This document shows positions 26,225 to 39,340 of a DNA stretch of 64,000 nt, one piece after another. The stretch's first letter is position 1. The number at the start of each line of letters is the position of its first letter. Position numbers and translations under genes: made by a program. Origin of the DNA: Azolla caroliniana (lineage: Eukaryota > Plantae > Polypodiophyta); NCBI GenBank assembly GCA_043228905.1, contig JBHGNT010000017.1, forward strand, positions 4,278,001 to 4,342,000, given 5' to 3'. The notes below the pieces were generated by a model. That model made no database searches. It had not been told where the DNA came from and saw only the letters and a program-made list of their open reading frames with translations.

Positions 26225-26672
26225 ATAATAATAATAAATAGATAATAAATAAATAAAAATATAAAATATAAACATATAAAAAAATAAATTAATACATATA
26301 CAAAAGTAAAAAATAAAAAGATGAATAAATAAAAAATACATATACAAATATTAAAAAATAAAAAGATATAAAATAAAGAGTAAAAAGTAAAAAAAATAAA
26401 ATAAAAATCAAAACATATACAAAAGTAAAAAAAATATAAAAATAAAGAGTAAAAAGTAAAAATAAATAAATAAATAAATGTAGATATACAAATAAAAGAT
26501 AAAAAGATGAATAAAAGATAAAATAAAAAGATAAAAAATAAAAAATAAAAAGGCAAATAAATAAGAAGAAAAGATAATCAATAATAAATAGTTTATAATA
26601 AGTAATAAATAATAAATTACTAAATAGTTTATAATAAATAATAAATAATAAATTAATAAATAGATAAATAAT
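26225..26672. repeat. A-rich low-complexity tract just upstream of the GST TATA-like box (TATATATA at ~26678)
   Basis: About 450 bp of AAAT/AAAATA motifs, almost free of C, with internal duplications (CATATACAAAAGTAAAAA at ~26294 and ~26413). Confidence 0.9.
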
Positions 26673-26706
26673 GGAAATATATATAGCTCCTAAAGCCAGA
26701 GACTTA

Positions 26707-26742
<36 letters not shown>

Positions 26743-27016
26743 GCACATGGCGCAGGGCACACAGAGACAAACAGACTGAAAGAACGAAAGAAGACGAAGA
26801 AGGAGAACAGAGATTTTGTGTTATATTTGTCTTTCTTCTTCGTATTCACTCACACGGCTCTCTCTCTCTCTCTCTCTCTCCCCTCGCTGCCTCCCGACGC
26901 TACCTCCAGCTTTTGCTTGCTTAAGCCTCAACCTTTTTCTCAAGTGTCAATGTATTCTTTCTCATCACTGAAGGTAAGTTTCAGTACCTTCAGATCATCT
27001 CTCTTCTTTTCCTGAA

Positions 27017-27047
<31 letters not shown>

Positions 27048-27171
27048 GAAAGAAGCAGAGAGAGATAGAGAGAGAGAGAGGGGGGCGCAGAAGAAAAAGA
27101 ATATCATTTCCTCACCCCAATATATATCAGCAATATATATATATATATAATATTCTGTCATTTTCTTGGCT

Positions 27172-28647
27172 ATGGGAACTTGTTGTTCTACACCAGACAA
27201 CAATTCGAAGGCCTCTGTTGTAGTTCCGTATATGTTAGCTCCATCAAAGCTTCCTCCTTTCACCAAATCTAGCCTAAATTACACACTTCAATCCCAGAGA
27301 TTGTCTTTGTCCAATACAGATTCTGCAAAATCTGATGGAATCATGGTAAAATATGACGGAATTGTGGCCAAATCTGATGGAATTGTGACCAACCCTGATG
27401 GGATTATGGCCACGTATGATGAGAAAATGGCTAAATATGATGGAACTATGACCAAATACGATGGAAATGTGGCAAAATCTGATGTGAATATGTCTCCATT
27501 GGTGCTATATGGGCACGAATCATGCCCATTCACATCTAGAATACGGATTTGTCTTCAACACAAACATATACCGGTTCAAGTCTTATGGTTAAATGCTCAT
27601 AGTGATGAGAAAGGAAGAAGCAAGCAACTTCTTGCATACATGTTACCGGCAGATGGAAAATTGCCCATCTTACAGCATGAAGATCACACCATATCTGGCT
27701 CTTCCGATGACATTTTAGACTATATAGAAGCTCGGTTTCCGAATCCTAGCCTTTTAGGAAACTCCAATTGTAAGGGTCTCCGAGAATGGGTCACTATCAT
27801 TCGAGACACTATAAGCCCACTTATGATAAAAGCAGTATATAATGGAGATAATCTCTCTCACCAAGATGTATTCAACCAACTTGATGCTGCATTTTGTAAG
27901 CTTGATTCAGCTATTGCGAAATCCGCCTCAAAAGGACCGTACTTTTATGGGGACCAATTCACCCTGGTAGATGTGTACCTGATACCATTTCTATTGTTGA
28001 AGCACCCTCTAGAGTATTTTCATGGCATAGAAGTAAGGTCAGAGTATTCCCACCTAAGGAACTATAGCACAAGGATGACTAGTTTCTCTAGTTATGCCCC
28101 TGTTCGCATGGATCTAGAAATCCTACATACATCAGTATCAAATGCTCTCACGAGGTCTATTTGTTCACCATTGATTCTGGCTTCTTTGCTTCAGCATCAG
28201 AGTATTTTGAACCATTTGCAAAAGCTTCTCAACACGGTCGAGGAACTTGTAATCGCTTCCAAACAACCTTCTCGGATCATTGATCCTATCAAAGGAAGCT
28301 TATCAATGCAAATAAAAAAGCTTTCGGCTCGCTATGTGAAATTGTTGGAGTTCATGTTGGAGCATGCTCAAATGGAAGAGAGGGTTATCTTTCCGGCACT
28401 TGAGAGGGCTGATCGAGGTTTGTCATTCTGGAATAAAATGTGTATATTGTTGGGGGAGCAATATATATATATATATATATATATATAGGTTGTAGTATTG
28501 TCCTTGAACCGTAAACATGATCTATAGGACCTAAAGCAACAACGTCGCATAGTGCATGAGGAGTTCATATGTGACTCTAGATTCTCAAAAACATTACTAA
28601 TGAGTGCCGCATGTATATGGGAAATATTTCTCAGGTCCAAGTTATTG

Positions 28648-28680
<33 letters not shown>

Positions 28681-30304
28681 AAGTTATTGGCCCGGATGGT
28701 TGTAGCGTAGTTGGTCAGGTTGCCCTGTGACAGAAACCCATTTCTGCCGAAGGTCATGCATTCTAACCCTACATTCCACAGTGGCATCTAAGAAAGTAAT
28801 GCATCAGTGATTTGAAGTAGGGTGTGTGGGTTGGTAAAAACTTGACTTACCACTAGGGTATAGCCATAATACGAAGAAAAAGACAGTTTTTGTAATGAGA
28901 GAACATTTAAAATAAGGAGCTAAATGTTGACCCATTAGTTCATGAATAGCCATATAGTTGGACACTGTATTAGGTATGGTCTGGGATAGTAAAGGGCTAC
29001 CTAAATATCAATTCTGCACTAGGGTAAGCAGCAGTTTATATACCATGGAAACCTATGTCTGTATCCAGTCCCTAGAGCCATATTTCAATCCATAATGATC
29101 TGGCCTTATTGTCTCCTTTAAGGTTATGAATACCCTCACAACAATTAATGATGAGTCCAGAATAAGGCTAGAGATAGACTCGTTTGCATATGCAATGGAT
29201 GAATTTTTAGTTCCAAATCATTGACTCCCTGCTTAGGTTATTTATGTGCACATGATAGAAAGGAAACAAGATCTTATCTATTTGTGTGCAGAAACATATT
29301 CATCTACCCATTTCTCTTATATTTGTTTATGTGTATCGATATACATAGGGTTAACGAAGGCAGCCAACGAGAGTCACGCAAGAGACTTGCCTGTGATGAA
29401 TGGAATCAAAGAAGACTTTAAATCAGTTGTGTCACTTGAACATGGAAGTCCTGGTATATTGGAGGCCTTACAAACAGTAGCAACCCGTCTAAGAGCTCTT
29501 CAGGTATTACAATCCTTAATTTTGTATTGTTTAGAAGCTACCTCTTTCATGTATTCGTTGCATTTTTTGGTTATTGATTTAAAGTATTTAGAATGATTAG
29601 TGAATAAACAATAGAATGTATGATATTTTCGGTCCTTCACCCGTTCACGTCCTCATGTCCAAAAAGCTCTAACTACATAGAATTTGACAGTGTATGTATG
29701 TATGTATGTATGTATGTATATGTATATATGTATGTATATGTATATATGTATGCATACATCCATACATATTTATTTGTACATGCACTGCATCCAGATGTAT
29801 ACCTTGATGCTTAAGCAATATCCAATGCCACAATGGTGATTTATCATATGCTTATTCACATTGTAATTTTGGAGCGTGTTTTTCTAGAGAAAGAGAGTTT
29901 TTTGTGAATTTATATCTGACAAACAAGCTATTCTACAGGTTCATACAGCAGTACATTTCCATGAAGAAGAGAAAGATTTGTTTCCTTTACTGAATGCAGC
30001 AGGTATTGGAAAGATCCAACAAACAACTCTCCTAGGGGATTGCATGAACATCATGGAATCAATGCACACACATATGCTTCCCTTCATGTTGTCAGGGTTG
30101 CATCCACATCAAATTCATCAATATCTAACATTGCTTCACAAAAGCCATGAAGACGACAAGAATACAACATTAATCCCTTTGACAAGGAGAATGATAATCC
30201 TGAAACAAGCAAGTGATAGTGGTGATGGTGAATCTGCATTTGTGTGGAGAGTAGTGCAAGAACGGCTTCCGGCACTGGCTTCTCTAGCTCGCCAAGCAAC
30301 ATGA
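27172..30304 (+). CDS. GSTH: Hemerythrin-class glutathione S-transferase (GST-N, GST-C, HHE hemerythrin), ~588 aa; exons 27172-28417, 29349-29503, 29939-30304
   Basis: LYGHESCPFTSRIRI (CPF active site), GKLPIL, and GPYFYGDQFTLVD (GST-C). Hemerythrin motifs QHQSI, EHAQMEERVIFPAL, ESHARD and HFHEEEKDLFPLL. GT-AG introns join in frame (1767 nt total). Probable 5'-UTR intron 26974-27130. Confidence 0.92.
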
Positions 30305-31229
30305 ATGGCATCACATTACCAAAGGACTTCCAGGAATAATAATACCACCTTATTAATCATCTTCCCCATGAATGCCAAAGCATTTGTATTTATTGCTTTT
30401 CTATGCTATGGCATTGCTTTGGGGAGGTTTTTTCCTAATATGCTGATGAAGTTCATGTCTAGTACTTCTACTGGCCTTCTATGTTTTGAAGCCAATGTAT
30501 GATGTTTATACCTTATAAAGAACCAAGACAATATATGTTTTGCATGTTAGACTTCATCCTACAATGATAGTATTCTCTCTCTCTCTCTCTCATGGGATGT
30601 ATGATAGATATTATCCAACGCTAAGGTGGTCAAGGTGTTTTGTGAACTAGTAGTGCATGGAATGAAAGAGGATTTTCAAAATTTGTTATTATGTAGACAA
30701 ATGGAGTTAAATCCCCAATAACTTGTTGTGTCATGCTATCAGGATTAGGTGCTTGACCCATAGAGCTGCTTTCCATACAAAGAGTATATAGTATATCATA
30801 AAAGTCAAGAATATGCCTGATAGCTGATTGCCAAAACAAGCTTGGAATGTTGAGATGTGAAATGGATTAAAAGGTAGGGACTTGAAGATTCATTGGAGCA
30901 TTCAAGTGATTGTATGAAGTTTGTGATCATTGAGGATAGATTGCTGGAAGCACTAGAGGCATTAAGGATGAAGTGACAAATGCTAAAATGTTAAAATGGG
31001 AATGCTTACCATTGATGTTGGTCCCAACATAAGGTAAATTGTAAGAATGGATCAAACCAAATCTTACTACCCCCATGAGCCTTGGAAATCAGAGAGGCCT
31101 AACACTTCTTGAAGTTGGGTGTTGAGGTAGCATCATAGCATCATCACTCAAGTAGCATCATAGCATTCGTGGGTTTTTAACTTTCATCTCAAAGCCCATA
31201 TACAAATGGCGTGTCACTTGGTTGTAGAC

Positions 31230-31330
31230 ATTATGAACCTCTAGATGCAATAATCTAATTTGTAGACCACCTTTCCCATCTGCAAAAGTATTTTGAAAGG
31301 TCAACAATATCTTAGGGGATCACTTTTGTA
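31230..31330 (-). pseudogene. Small relic of a gypsy integrase C-terminus
   Basis: Minus-strand translation PLRYC*PFKILLQMGKVVYKLD resembles the GPF/Y motif PRYCGPFEILKRVG..AYHL. Confidence 0.55.
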
Positions 31331-31734
31331 CAGCACCACACAGGCTGCCTTCTACCTCATCTAAATGAAAGACAACATAAAGATATCTCTGAACCCCAAA
31401 AAGAGAGATCAAACCCCAACTGCAGCAAGTCATAAGACTCATAACTCAAAAACCAAGAAACGTGAGCCTATTAGTATAAGCATTACGGTTTACCCTTACA
31501 AAGAAATCCTTAAATGTCTGATTAGAAATAGGTGAAACAGGGAATACATGCAGTCAAAGAGGAATTCAAATACCAGAAATGAGTTGTTCCTCATGAAACA
31601 TGCATCTTGTAAGGTTTTATGGCGACAGATCCACACAAAGAATGATAGCCTCCTTAAAACAAAGAAAGCTTTGGCAGAACAAATCTCTTAAGAGTCACAG
31701 TTTATGTATATGGTAAAGCCAAAAAACAGAACTG

Positions 31735-31915
31735 TTTAAAATGACAGTTGATGTAAATGATAAGGCCAAAAACAACGCTATTCAAAATGACAGTCGATGT
31801 CAATGACCAAAAACACAACTGTATAAAATGACAGTCGATGTCAACAATAAGGCCAAAAACCAAAATTATTTTGAAAAACGATTGATGTCAATGACAAGGG
31901 GAAAAACCTAAACCG
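31735..31915. repeat. Degenerate ~45-50-bp tandem repeat (4 copies) between the convergent GSTH and CESA 3' ends
   Basis: AAAATGACAGTYGATGTMAAYRA...CCAAAAAC recurs. Confidence 0.8.
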
Positions 31916-32643
31916 TTTTTGAACTATATGACCCAAGCGCTATAAGAATCACACTGAATCACAAGTACACTACATCCATCTAAAGACATCTGATAAAATA
32001 CAATCTAACAATAAGATTATCAATCATTCGATCATAATCTAAAACAGACATTGTTTCTTGGACAATTGGTATGAAATTGCATTTAATTCCCAATGATTAG
32101 CATGAAGATTCCAAAAACAATTGAAATTAATTATTAATCCTCAAAACTCGATGCATGGTTCAGTTACATACAACAGCATTCGCATTCAAAATTCAAAGAT
32201 AATCATTTGGTGCTTCGTCCAACTGAGAAGTCCTGCCCAATATATTGCAGGCACAAACTTTTACAAGAGTGGCTCCAGCCTGAACTACTTTATTGCATAG
32301 ATATAGAACAACAAATCTGAGAAAACTTGATAATATTACATGATGCCAGAAACCAAAAAAATACTATCATTAAAATTATGGCTCTATTTCAGCTTTGAAT
32401 TCTCTATCTGGATATGTGGTTGTTAATCACTATTCAGAGAAAATTAAAAGCTGCATTTTTCATTGAGACGCAGGGCAGGCTATATACAGAGCCTGTCATT
32501 TGCACTGTTTTAGGAAGAGCGCCCGACAGCTGCAAAGCAATCCCATATTCTTGGAACCAAGTCACAGATATACACTTCTACTTCCAAAAAGTGACTTCAT
32601 TGACGTTTGAAACTTTAATCATATGATGCATCTGTACCATATC

Positions 32644-35600
32644 TCAATCACATTGTAATCCACAAACTTCCAAATTAGGACCCACTTGCTTTGGTAAAAA
32701 TGGGTTCACCCTAACCCACAGAAGAGAGAATATAGAGGCCAATAAGATAGACCAAACAATCACAATGGTCGGGGTTCTGTTTTGTCGGCCCATGAGACCC
32801 TTCAAAAATGGATATAAATGCATGATCACCCAAATGGCAAAGAAGAGCCTTCCAAACAAAGGACCCCATGATTGGTATCCATTGTTTATTGCATCAGAAA
32901 CACCTGCAACTATCCCAACCATATTTATCACAAGGATAGTAGTGGGAGGGATCAAAAGAGTGGTCCATTTGAATGCATAGAGCTCTCCAAATTTATCATC
33001 ATCATCTGATGCTTTTGATGTCACTGTGAAGCTTGTGTCGATACCTGCTAAAACTTTCAATAGACCTTGGAAGAGAGCAAAAAGATGTGCTGAAACACCC
33101 CCAATAACCCAAAATTGTTCATTTCTCCACCAATCGTCGATTCCAACACCACTCCATCGAATTTCGAGGATACCCGTTGCAAAGATTGAGAGAAAAAGTG
33201 CAATGAACCAAAGACTAGCAAAGGTGTTCATCTGGTATACCAAAAGTGAAATTCAAAGTCAAAATGCCAAAATATAATGCTCCAATCATTCATTATAAAC
33301 TAAAAGGGGGGGTGGGAGGGAAGAGAGAGAGAGAGAAGTATTTACCGCTGGAACAATGAACTTCCCAGTAAGCAAGCAAATCGCAGGAAGAGTGCAGTAT
33401 GCAAGGAGGGGAATAGATGTCATTGGATATACTATAGTGTTGATATATGCTATTCTTTCTAACAGCTTCAACCCGCCACCATAGCCATACCATATTGGAC
33501 AATGCCTACTAAAAAAGATTTCTACAGAACCAAGAGCCCATCGAAGAACCTGATTGAGACGATCTGAAAGATTGATTGGTGCAGAGCCTTTGAAAGCTGG
33601 CCGTTTCGGCATACAGTAAATAGATCTCCATCCACGTACATGCATCTTAAAACCAGTAAGAATATCCTCTGTGACTGAACCATATATCCAACCAACCTGT
33701 TGAAAAATAATCAAGTGTTTTAACTAGTTTCAAACGCACATATCATTACAGTAAATTAACTGCTTACCTCTTTTCCCCATTCTGTTTTGTCTTCATACCC
33801 ACAGCTAATTACATGTATGGCCTCTTTCAGAAGTGAAGCTGGGCTCGCATTGTCAGGAGCACCACCATTCTCGAGCGCAGTTGATGCAATAAACACAGGT
33901 GATTGACCGAATTTTTTCTCTAGATTTTTTTGAGACACCAGGGAAGTCTTCTCGTTCTCTAAACCTGTGAAAACTAAAACTACAATAGTTCAACACCCTA
34001 TAACATTACAGCTACATCCAATTCAATACACCACACATTCACTCACCTTCGATTCCTTCCTCAATGTCTTCTGAATTTTTAAAGACCGGGGTAGAAGGTT
34101 CACTCTTCTTTTTGAACCACCTCTTCTTTTCAGTTTTTGGCTTTTCTGTTTTAGGTTTGGACTTTGATTTCTTCGATTTCTTTCTGGATCCAAAACACCA
34201 ACTAGAACAGCAATTACAAGTTCTTCCTGGTCCCTTCTCCTTCTTGGGAGCATCATGTGCATAAAGGGCTTGTCTCCTGAAGACACAACCAGTACCCACA
34301 TAGACAGGACCCTGGATTCCATCTAAACCTTTCAAGTTGATCTGCAACAATTGTCAGAAGCTATTTTAAAGAAAAGAATATGCTAGAAGCTTAAAGAAGA
34401 AACAGATGTGAAACAAGGATGCATACATCAAAGAAGACAGTATTGTTATTCGCATATCGATCATGCCTATCGATCCCATCAAACCGTTGTGGGAATTGAA
34501 CATAGCACACCCTCTTTCCCATAAGTGGATCCATCATGAAACACATTGCCTCTCTAAGTGCTTTACTGTTGTTGATGTAATGGTCACAATCCAAGTTCAA
34601 AATATACGGAGCATTTGATAAAACTGCAGATACCCGTATCTGTACAACCACACATCAACATTACTTCACAACATTGCCACCTGAGAGTTCTAAAGACAAA
34701 GTGAAACTACCAATAGGTCCAATATTAATACCAAAGAATTCATGGCACCAGCTTTTTTGTGATGATCAAAACCTGGTCTTTTCTCTCTAGAAACATATAC
34801 CAAACGAGGAAGAGGATTTCCCTCTTTATCATGGCCTCCAGTCTGACCCAAGAAGACCTACATTCGAATGAAGCAAGTATTATTCACACATCAAGTAAAT
34901 GACAAAATATTACGGCCCAAAAAAGTTAAACATAAACTTTATTTCACCTGAATCATGCCTGGATGATCCCGGACATTATTCCCAGGCCATGGAGTTCCAT
35001 CTTGCATTGTCCATCCATCTTCTGGTACTTTAATAGCTTTGGAAACAAGACCATTCATTCGAATTTTATATTCTTCATATTCCCTCTGTCCATTCCAAAT
35101 GAGAAAATGTGCACTTAAAACACTATGTTAGACCATGAATCAACTACAGAAAGTGCAGGATGTGTTCCTTCCTTACCTTCATTGCCCTACGTTCCCTAAC
35201 AAACGAAGGATGGACCTTGTCTTTCAAGTAATCAATCTTTTGAGCAAAATAAAACTCAGGAGCACGTGGTTCAATACTGAACTTCTTGCAGAAAGGAACC
35301 CAGCTTCTAGCAAACTCCGATGTCTCTGAAAGAGCTTCAAAGGTTAGCATTGCTGCTCCATCGTCTGAAACATAGCATGTCACCTTTTCAACAGGATAGT
35401 CAGCAGCAAGGATGGACAAGACAGTGTTCCCTGTTATTAGGGGAGGTTCTTTCAAAGGATCTACAGTACTAACAAAGAGATCAATGGCAGCAAGTTTTGA
35501 TGGTTGGCCTTCTTTCTCATACCTGCCACCATCCAGTTTATCTGAGTACAAATGATGAAAAATTGACATTTAAAAACAAGCTATGAATTATACCTAAGAG

Positions 35601-37668
35601 ATAGTCGATCCAAATAAGTCTCCCTAGTAATCGGAAGCCACTTAGGAAACTGATCAAGAATCCAAGACAGAGCAAACCAAATCTCACAAATGACAGATAT
35701 AAGCCAAAGCACAAAGGCATCAGATACAGGATTCAGAATCCGATATCGAAGAAATAAAGCCAGAACCACAAGTCGGATGACAATGATCATCCGATATGGA
35801 TTGATCCGAGCTGATGGAATAGGAATCTTCCGAGATAAAGGCTGTCTTGCCTCATCGGTGCTGTTGAGAAGAAAATTATAGAATGTTAACCCTTGTTCAA
35901 TGATAAAAGCCACAGACTAGTTGTGACCAATATGGCTTCCAATGGAACTTACACAGGAAGATCAGGATCATCGAAATCCCCATATTCACCCCCTCCTTTT
36001 CCTCCAGCTAATTTTTGCTCCCCATCAGTCCTCATCAATTGCAACTTCTCTTGTCTGCTCTTCCAGCTCTCCATTCTTTCTTTCCATGCTACACTGCCAT
36101 AGCCATAGGATGCCAAATCCTTGCTTGACCCCAAAGGTCTAGGATTAGCTGGAAACAAACACAAGATAGAATGCGTCATGAATAATTTTACCTTCAAGCC
36201 TTACAATCTTATATCAGGAAAACCAAGAAATACCTGATTCTTGGTAAGGAAGAGGATGAATTCTTTTTCCCCCTCCCAAAGGAGGGGGCACCACCAATGC
36301 ATGGTGTTCAGGCGGAATACCCAGTGGGTCATCAGGAACCTAACCAGTAGCAATTGAGAAAAGATTAGCGATGTTTGGCAAAATGTAAAACTCATCATAA
36401 TTGAGAACTCATATTTTCCGAGGTTATCTTCCCACATAAGACATCCATGTATCCTTAGGAGCCAATTGGGTTGGAGATTGACCCATTACTTCATGGCCAA
36501 TCTCTGGCCTTATTGACTGACTCAGCTTATGCATATGCTTATAACATTAATGCTCAAACAGGGCATTGATCCCGTTTTAAGGACTTACATCACCACCATT
36601 CGTAAGGAGAGGAACAGACGGAGGCATTGTCTGCATTCGATGAGGCATATCATGGTCAGATGCACGGCCATAGCTCATGTGACCTTGAAGCATGGCCTCT
36701 GCAATATGTTGCCTATCGTAATGAGTATAATCAAATTCGTTCTCAAGATCATCGGCACCATCTTCTTCTTCATCTCCATGAACTCGCGCACTACCTGCCA
36801 TGAAACCATATTAAAATAAAATATGTGCATTCTAACCCTCAAATTGACCATAAAAAAGGGCTTCAAAAAGCATTCATAGACTGCAGATATCTTGCTAATG
36901 GACTGAGAAGGAACAAAAGTAGCAAGCCTACCTGACCTACAGAATTGGGCACAAAAGAGAGCTTCCTGAACATTCATAGATTGTCTTGCTCAAGGGTAGC
37001 AAGAGAACATATAATTATTTGAGCATCAAATCTGGACTTCAAGCATGCACAGCTCTCTTGCTAGAGATTGAAAGGCAACGCATATAATAATCTTACTAAA
37101 CATTGTAGATCTCTTGCTAAATGATGGAAGGGGAGCATAAATAATAAGCTTATGGTTACAAAAGGGATAAGACAAACATAGATTGTAGATCTCTTTTGAA
37201 GGATTAAAAGACAATATATAATCACAAGATTACTAGGAATTGAAAGATAGTGCTTAGGACAATAAAGCTGGCTGACCTCTGAGCCTCTTATATCTTGTCT
37301 TGCATTGAGGACAAGCTTGATTTCCATCTTTTCTCTCGTAATCATAGCAAGATCTACACACAGGAAATGCACATTCATCACAGGCAACAAAGAGCTCTCC
37401 ATCCACATTGAGTCCAACATCATCTCCACAGATTTGGCAGACATGACCACTGAGTCGCGAGAGTGGCTTAGGCTGCAAAGGAAAACAAACACTATATGAT
37501 GGCAATCATGGAATGATCACAATGATAAAAAGAGAGATTAAAGGAATAGAGAATAATAATAAAACTACGGATGCATTGCTGAATACTTACCCCTGAATTA
37601 TCAGATGTGATTACAATGAGCTCATTTCGCTTATGAGATCCTGCTACAAGCCCTCCATTAGCCTCCAT
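32644..37668 (-). CDS. CESA: Cellulose synthase catalytic subunit; 14 coding exons: 37668-37591, 37472-37277, 36794-36589, 36339-36234, 36148-35953, 35860-35594, 35522-35177, 35085-34948, 34857-34732, 34639-34427, 34341-34047, 33964-33768, 33696-33346, 33231-32644
   Basis: [17 protein letters not shown] start, RING-type CQICGDD...CPQC, DDG, DCD, TED and QVLRW catalytic motifs, and C-terminal TM helices ending CGLQCD. All introns are GT-AG. Confidence 0.98.
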
Positions 37669-38439
37669 AGCAAGAACCAGAGTATGAATGGGGGAAATTT
37701 GGATCTTTCTCTCTTATCTCTATGTCTCTCTCCCGCACTCCCTTCAGTTCGTTCTCCTAGTGAAGAGAGAAAGGGTGGACTATGGCTGTCTCCCTCAGTA
37801 ACTCTTAACCCTTCTCTGAGCGAGATAGGGGGATTGACAGAGAAGGAAAGGAGCAAATAGCTCTCTTTCTCTTCGTCTCACCCTCTATCGCTCACTCTTC
37901 TGAGAGTGAAGAGAGAAAGGGGGATTGTTAGAGAAGGAAGCAAAGGTAGAGGAGATGTCAAGATCAGTCATGCTCCGAAAAGCAACAGTTCACCTTACAA
38001 TAAAAAGAAAGGCGAGAAGAATGAAGAAGAAAGTAAAGAGAAAGAATGGAGCAGCAAAACTGGCGATGGAAACACGGCCTAATTTCTTCATGACCTGATT
38101 ACGCCAGATTTGATCATCTCTGGAGAAGAAAATCCCTTCTCTTTTTCTCTCTCTCTCTAAAATAGTAGAGAATGATACCTCTTCCTCTGTCTTAGGAAAA
38201 GCTCCGTTCTTCTTCTTCTTCTTCTTCTTCTTCTTCTTCTACTTCTGTTCGGAGAACTGTCACCATCGCCATTTCCATTCTCGTCATGGACGTCATCTCT
38301 CTACAGAAGCAGAGACATCTTTTTTGTAGTATTATTCATCGACATTGCCATCGTCTCTATATATGTATATGGAAAAGGAGACATCTTCTCTCTGCCACCG
38401 ACATCATCTCTCTACGAAGAAAGGACTCGCCTTTCTCTC

Positions 38440-38556
38440 TTCATACATACATACATACATACATAGATCTTCTCCTCTCTACAACAGCGAAATAGATCTC
38501 TGCACACATCTTCTCTCATCGACATACATAACCATCTTCTCGCACTCACCCTTGCG

Positions 38557-38594
<38 letters not shown>

Positions 38595-38766
38595 CTATCT
38601 CTATCTGGTACAGCATACATACATACATATGTACATACATCTTCTCTCTAGGATTCACGACATTTCTCCTTTTCGATCTTGTGTGCAGCCTGGGATCTAA
38701 AATTCTGCTTCCTTTGATCGTTCTTTTGTTGGAGGGGCCCAGGGCACAGGAAAAGAAGAAGGAGAT

Positions 38767-38800
<34 letters not shown>

Positions 38801-38887
38801 AGAAGAGAGGAGAGAGAGAGAAGGGAGGAGGGGTCTCTGTCGGTGGTGGCTTTGTCTGCAACTGAAGGAAGCTACGCCATCGCTGAG

Positions 38888-38931
<44 letters not shown>

Positions 38932-39340
38932 GCGTGTCTTCGCATTCTCTCTCTACCTGTCGCTTTCACACTTAAAACTGACGGTGACCCGGCGCCCACC
39001 CTTTTCTTTTCTCTTTTTTCTTTTTCTTTTTCTTTTTAATTCTCCTTTCTTTTTCTTTTTTACAAAACGCATTTCTTTCTTCTTTTTTATGTATTTATGT
39101 TTCGCCTTCCTTCATCATGCTGTGGTGTTATGTTCGGTTCGGTTCGGTTCGGTTCGGCTTGTGTTGTGGTGTGGTGTGTTGTGTTGTGTGTGGTATTGGG
39201 TTGTATGTGGGTTGTGTGGTCTAGCCTATTTAGTTGGTTTGGGCTGTGTTGTGTTCGGTTCGGTTTGATTCGGTTGCACCCAATTGGGTTGGCTTTCGGT
39301 CGGCCCATGTGGGCGGGGGGGGAGGGGCCGGGGGGGACAA
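38440..39340. repeat. Microsatellite cluster in the CESA upstream/5'-UTR region: (TACA)n, (CT)n, (CTAT)n, (GA)n, (GGTTC)n, (GTGTK)n and G-runs
   Basis: Directly visible simple repeats. Confidence 0.9.

Noticed and set aside
26126-26849. Hydrophobic F/Y/I/L-rich ORFs resembling membrane proteins
   Set aside because: They are translations of the A-rich low-complexity tract.
27172-37668. GSTH and CESA as a functional gene cluster
   Set aside because: They are convergent neighbours with unrelated functions, and adjacency alone is no evidence of co-regulation.
38345-39268. 307-aa ORF antisense to the CESA upstream region
   Set aside because: It is composed of microsatellite translations (YIHT, SLSL, RERE) and has no coding signature.
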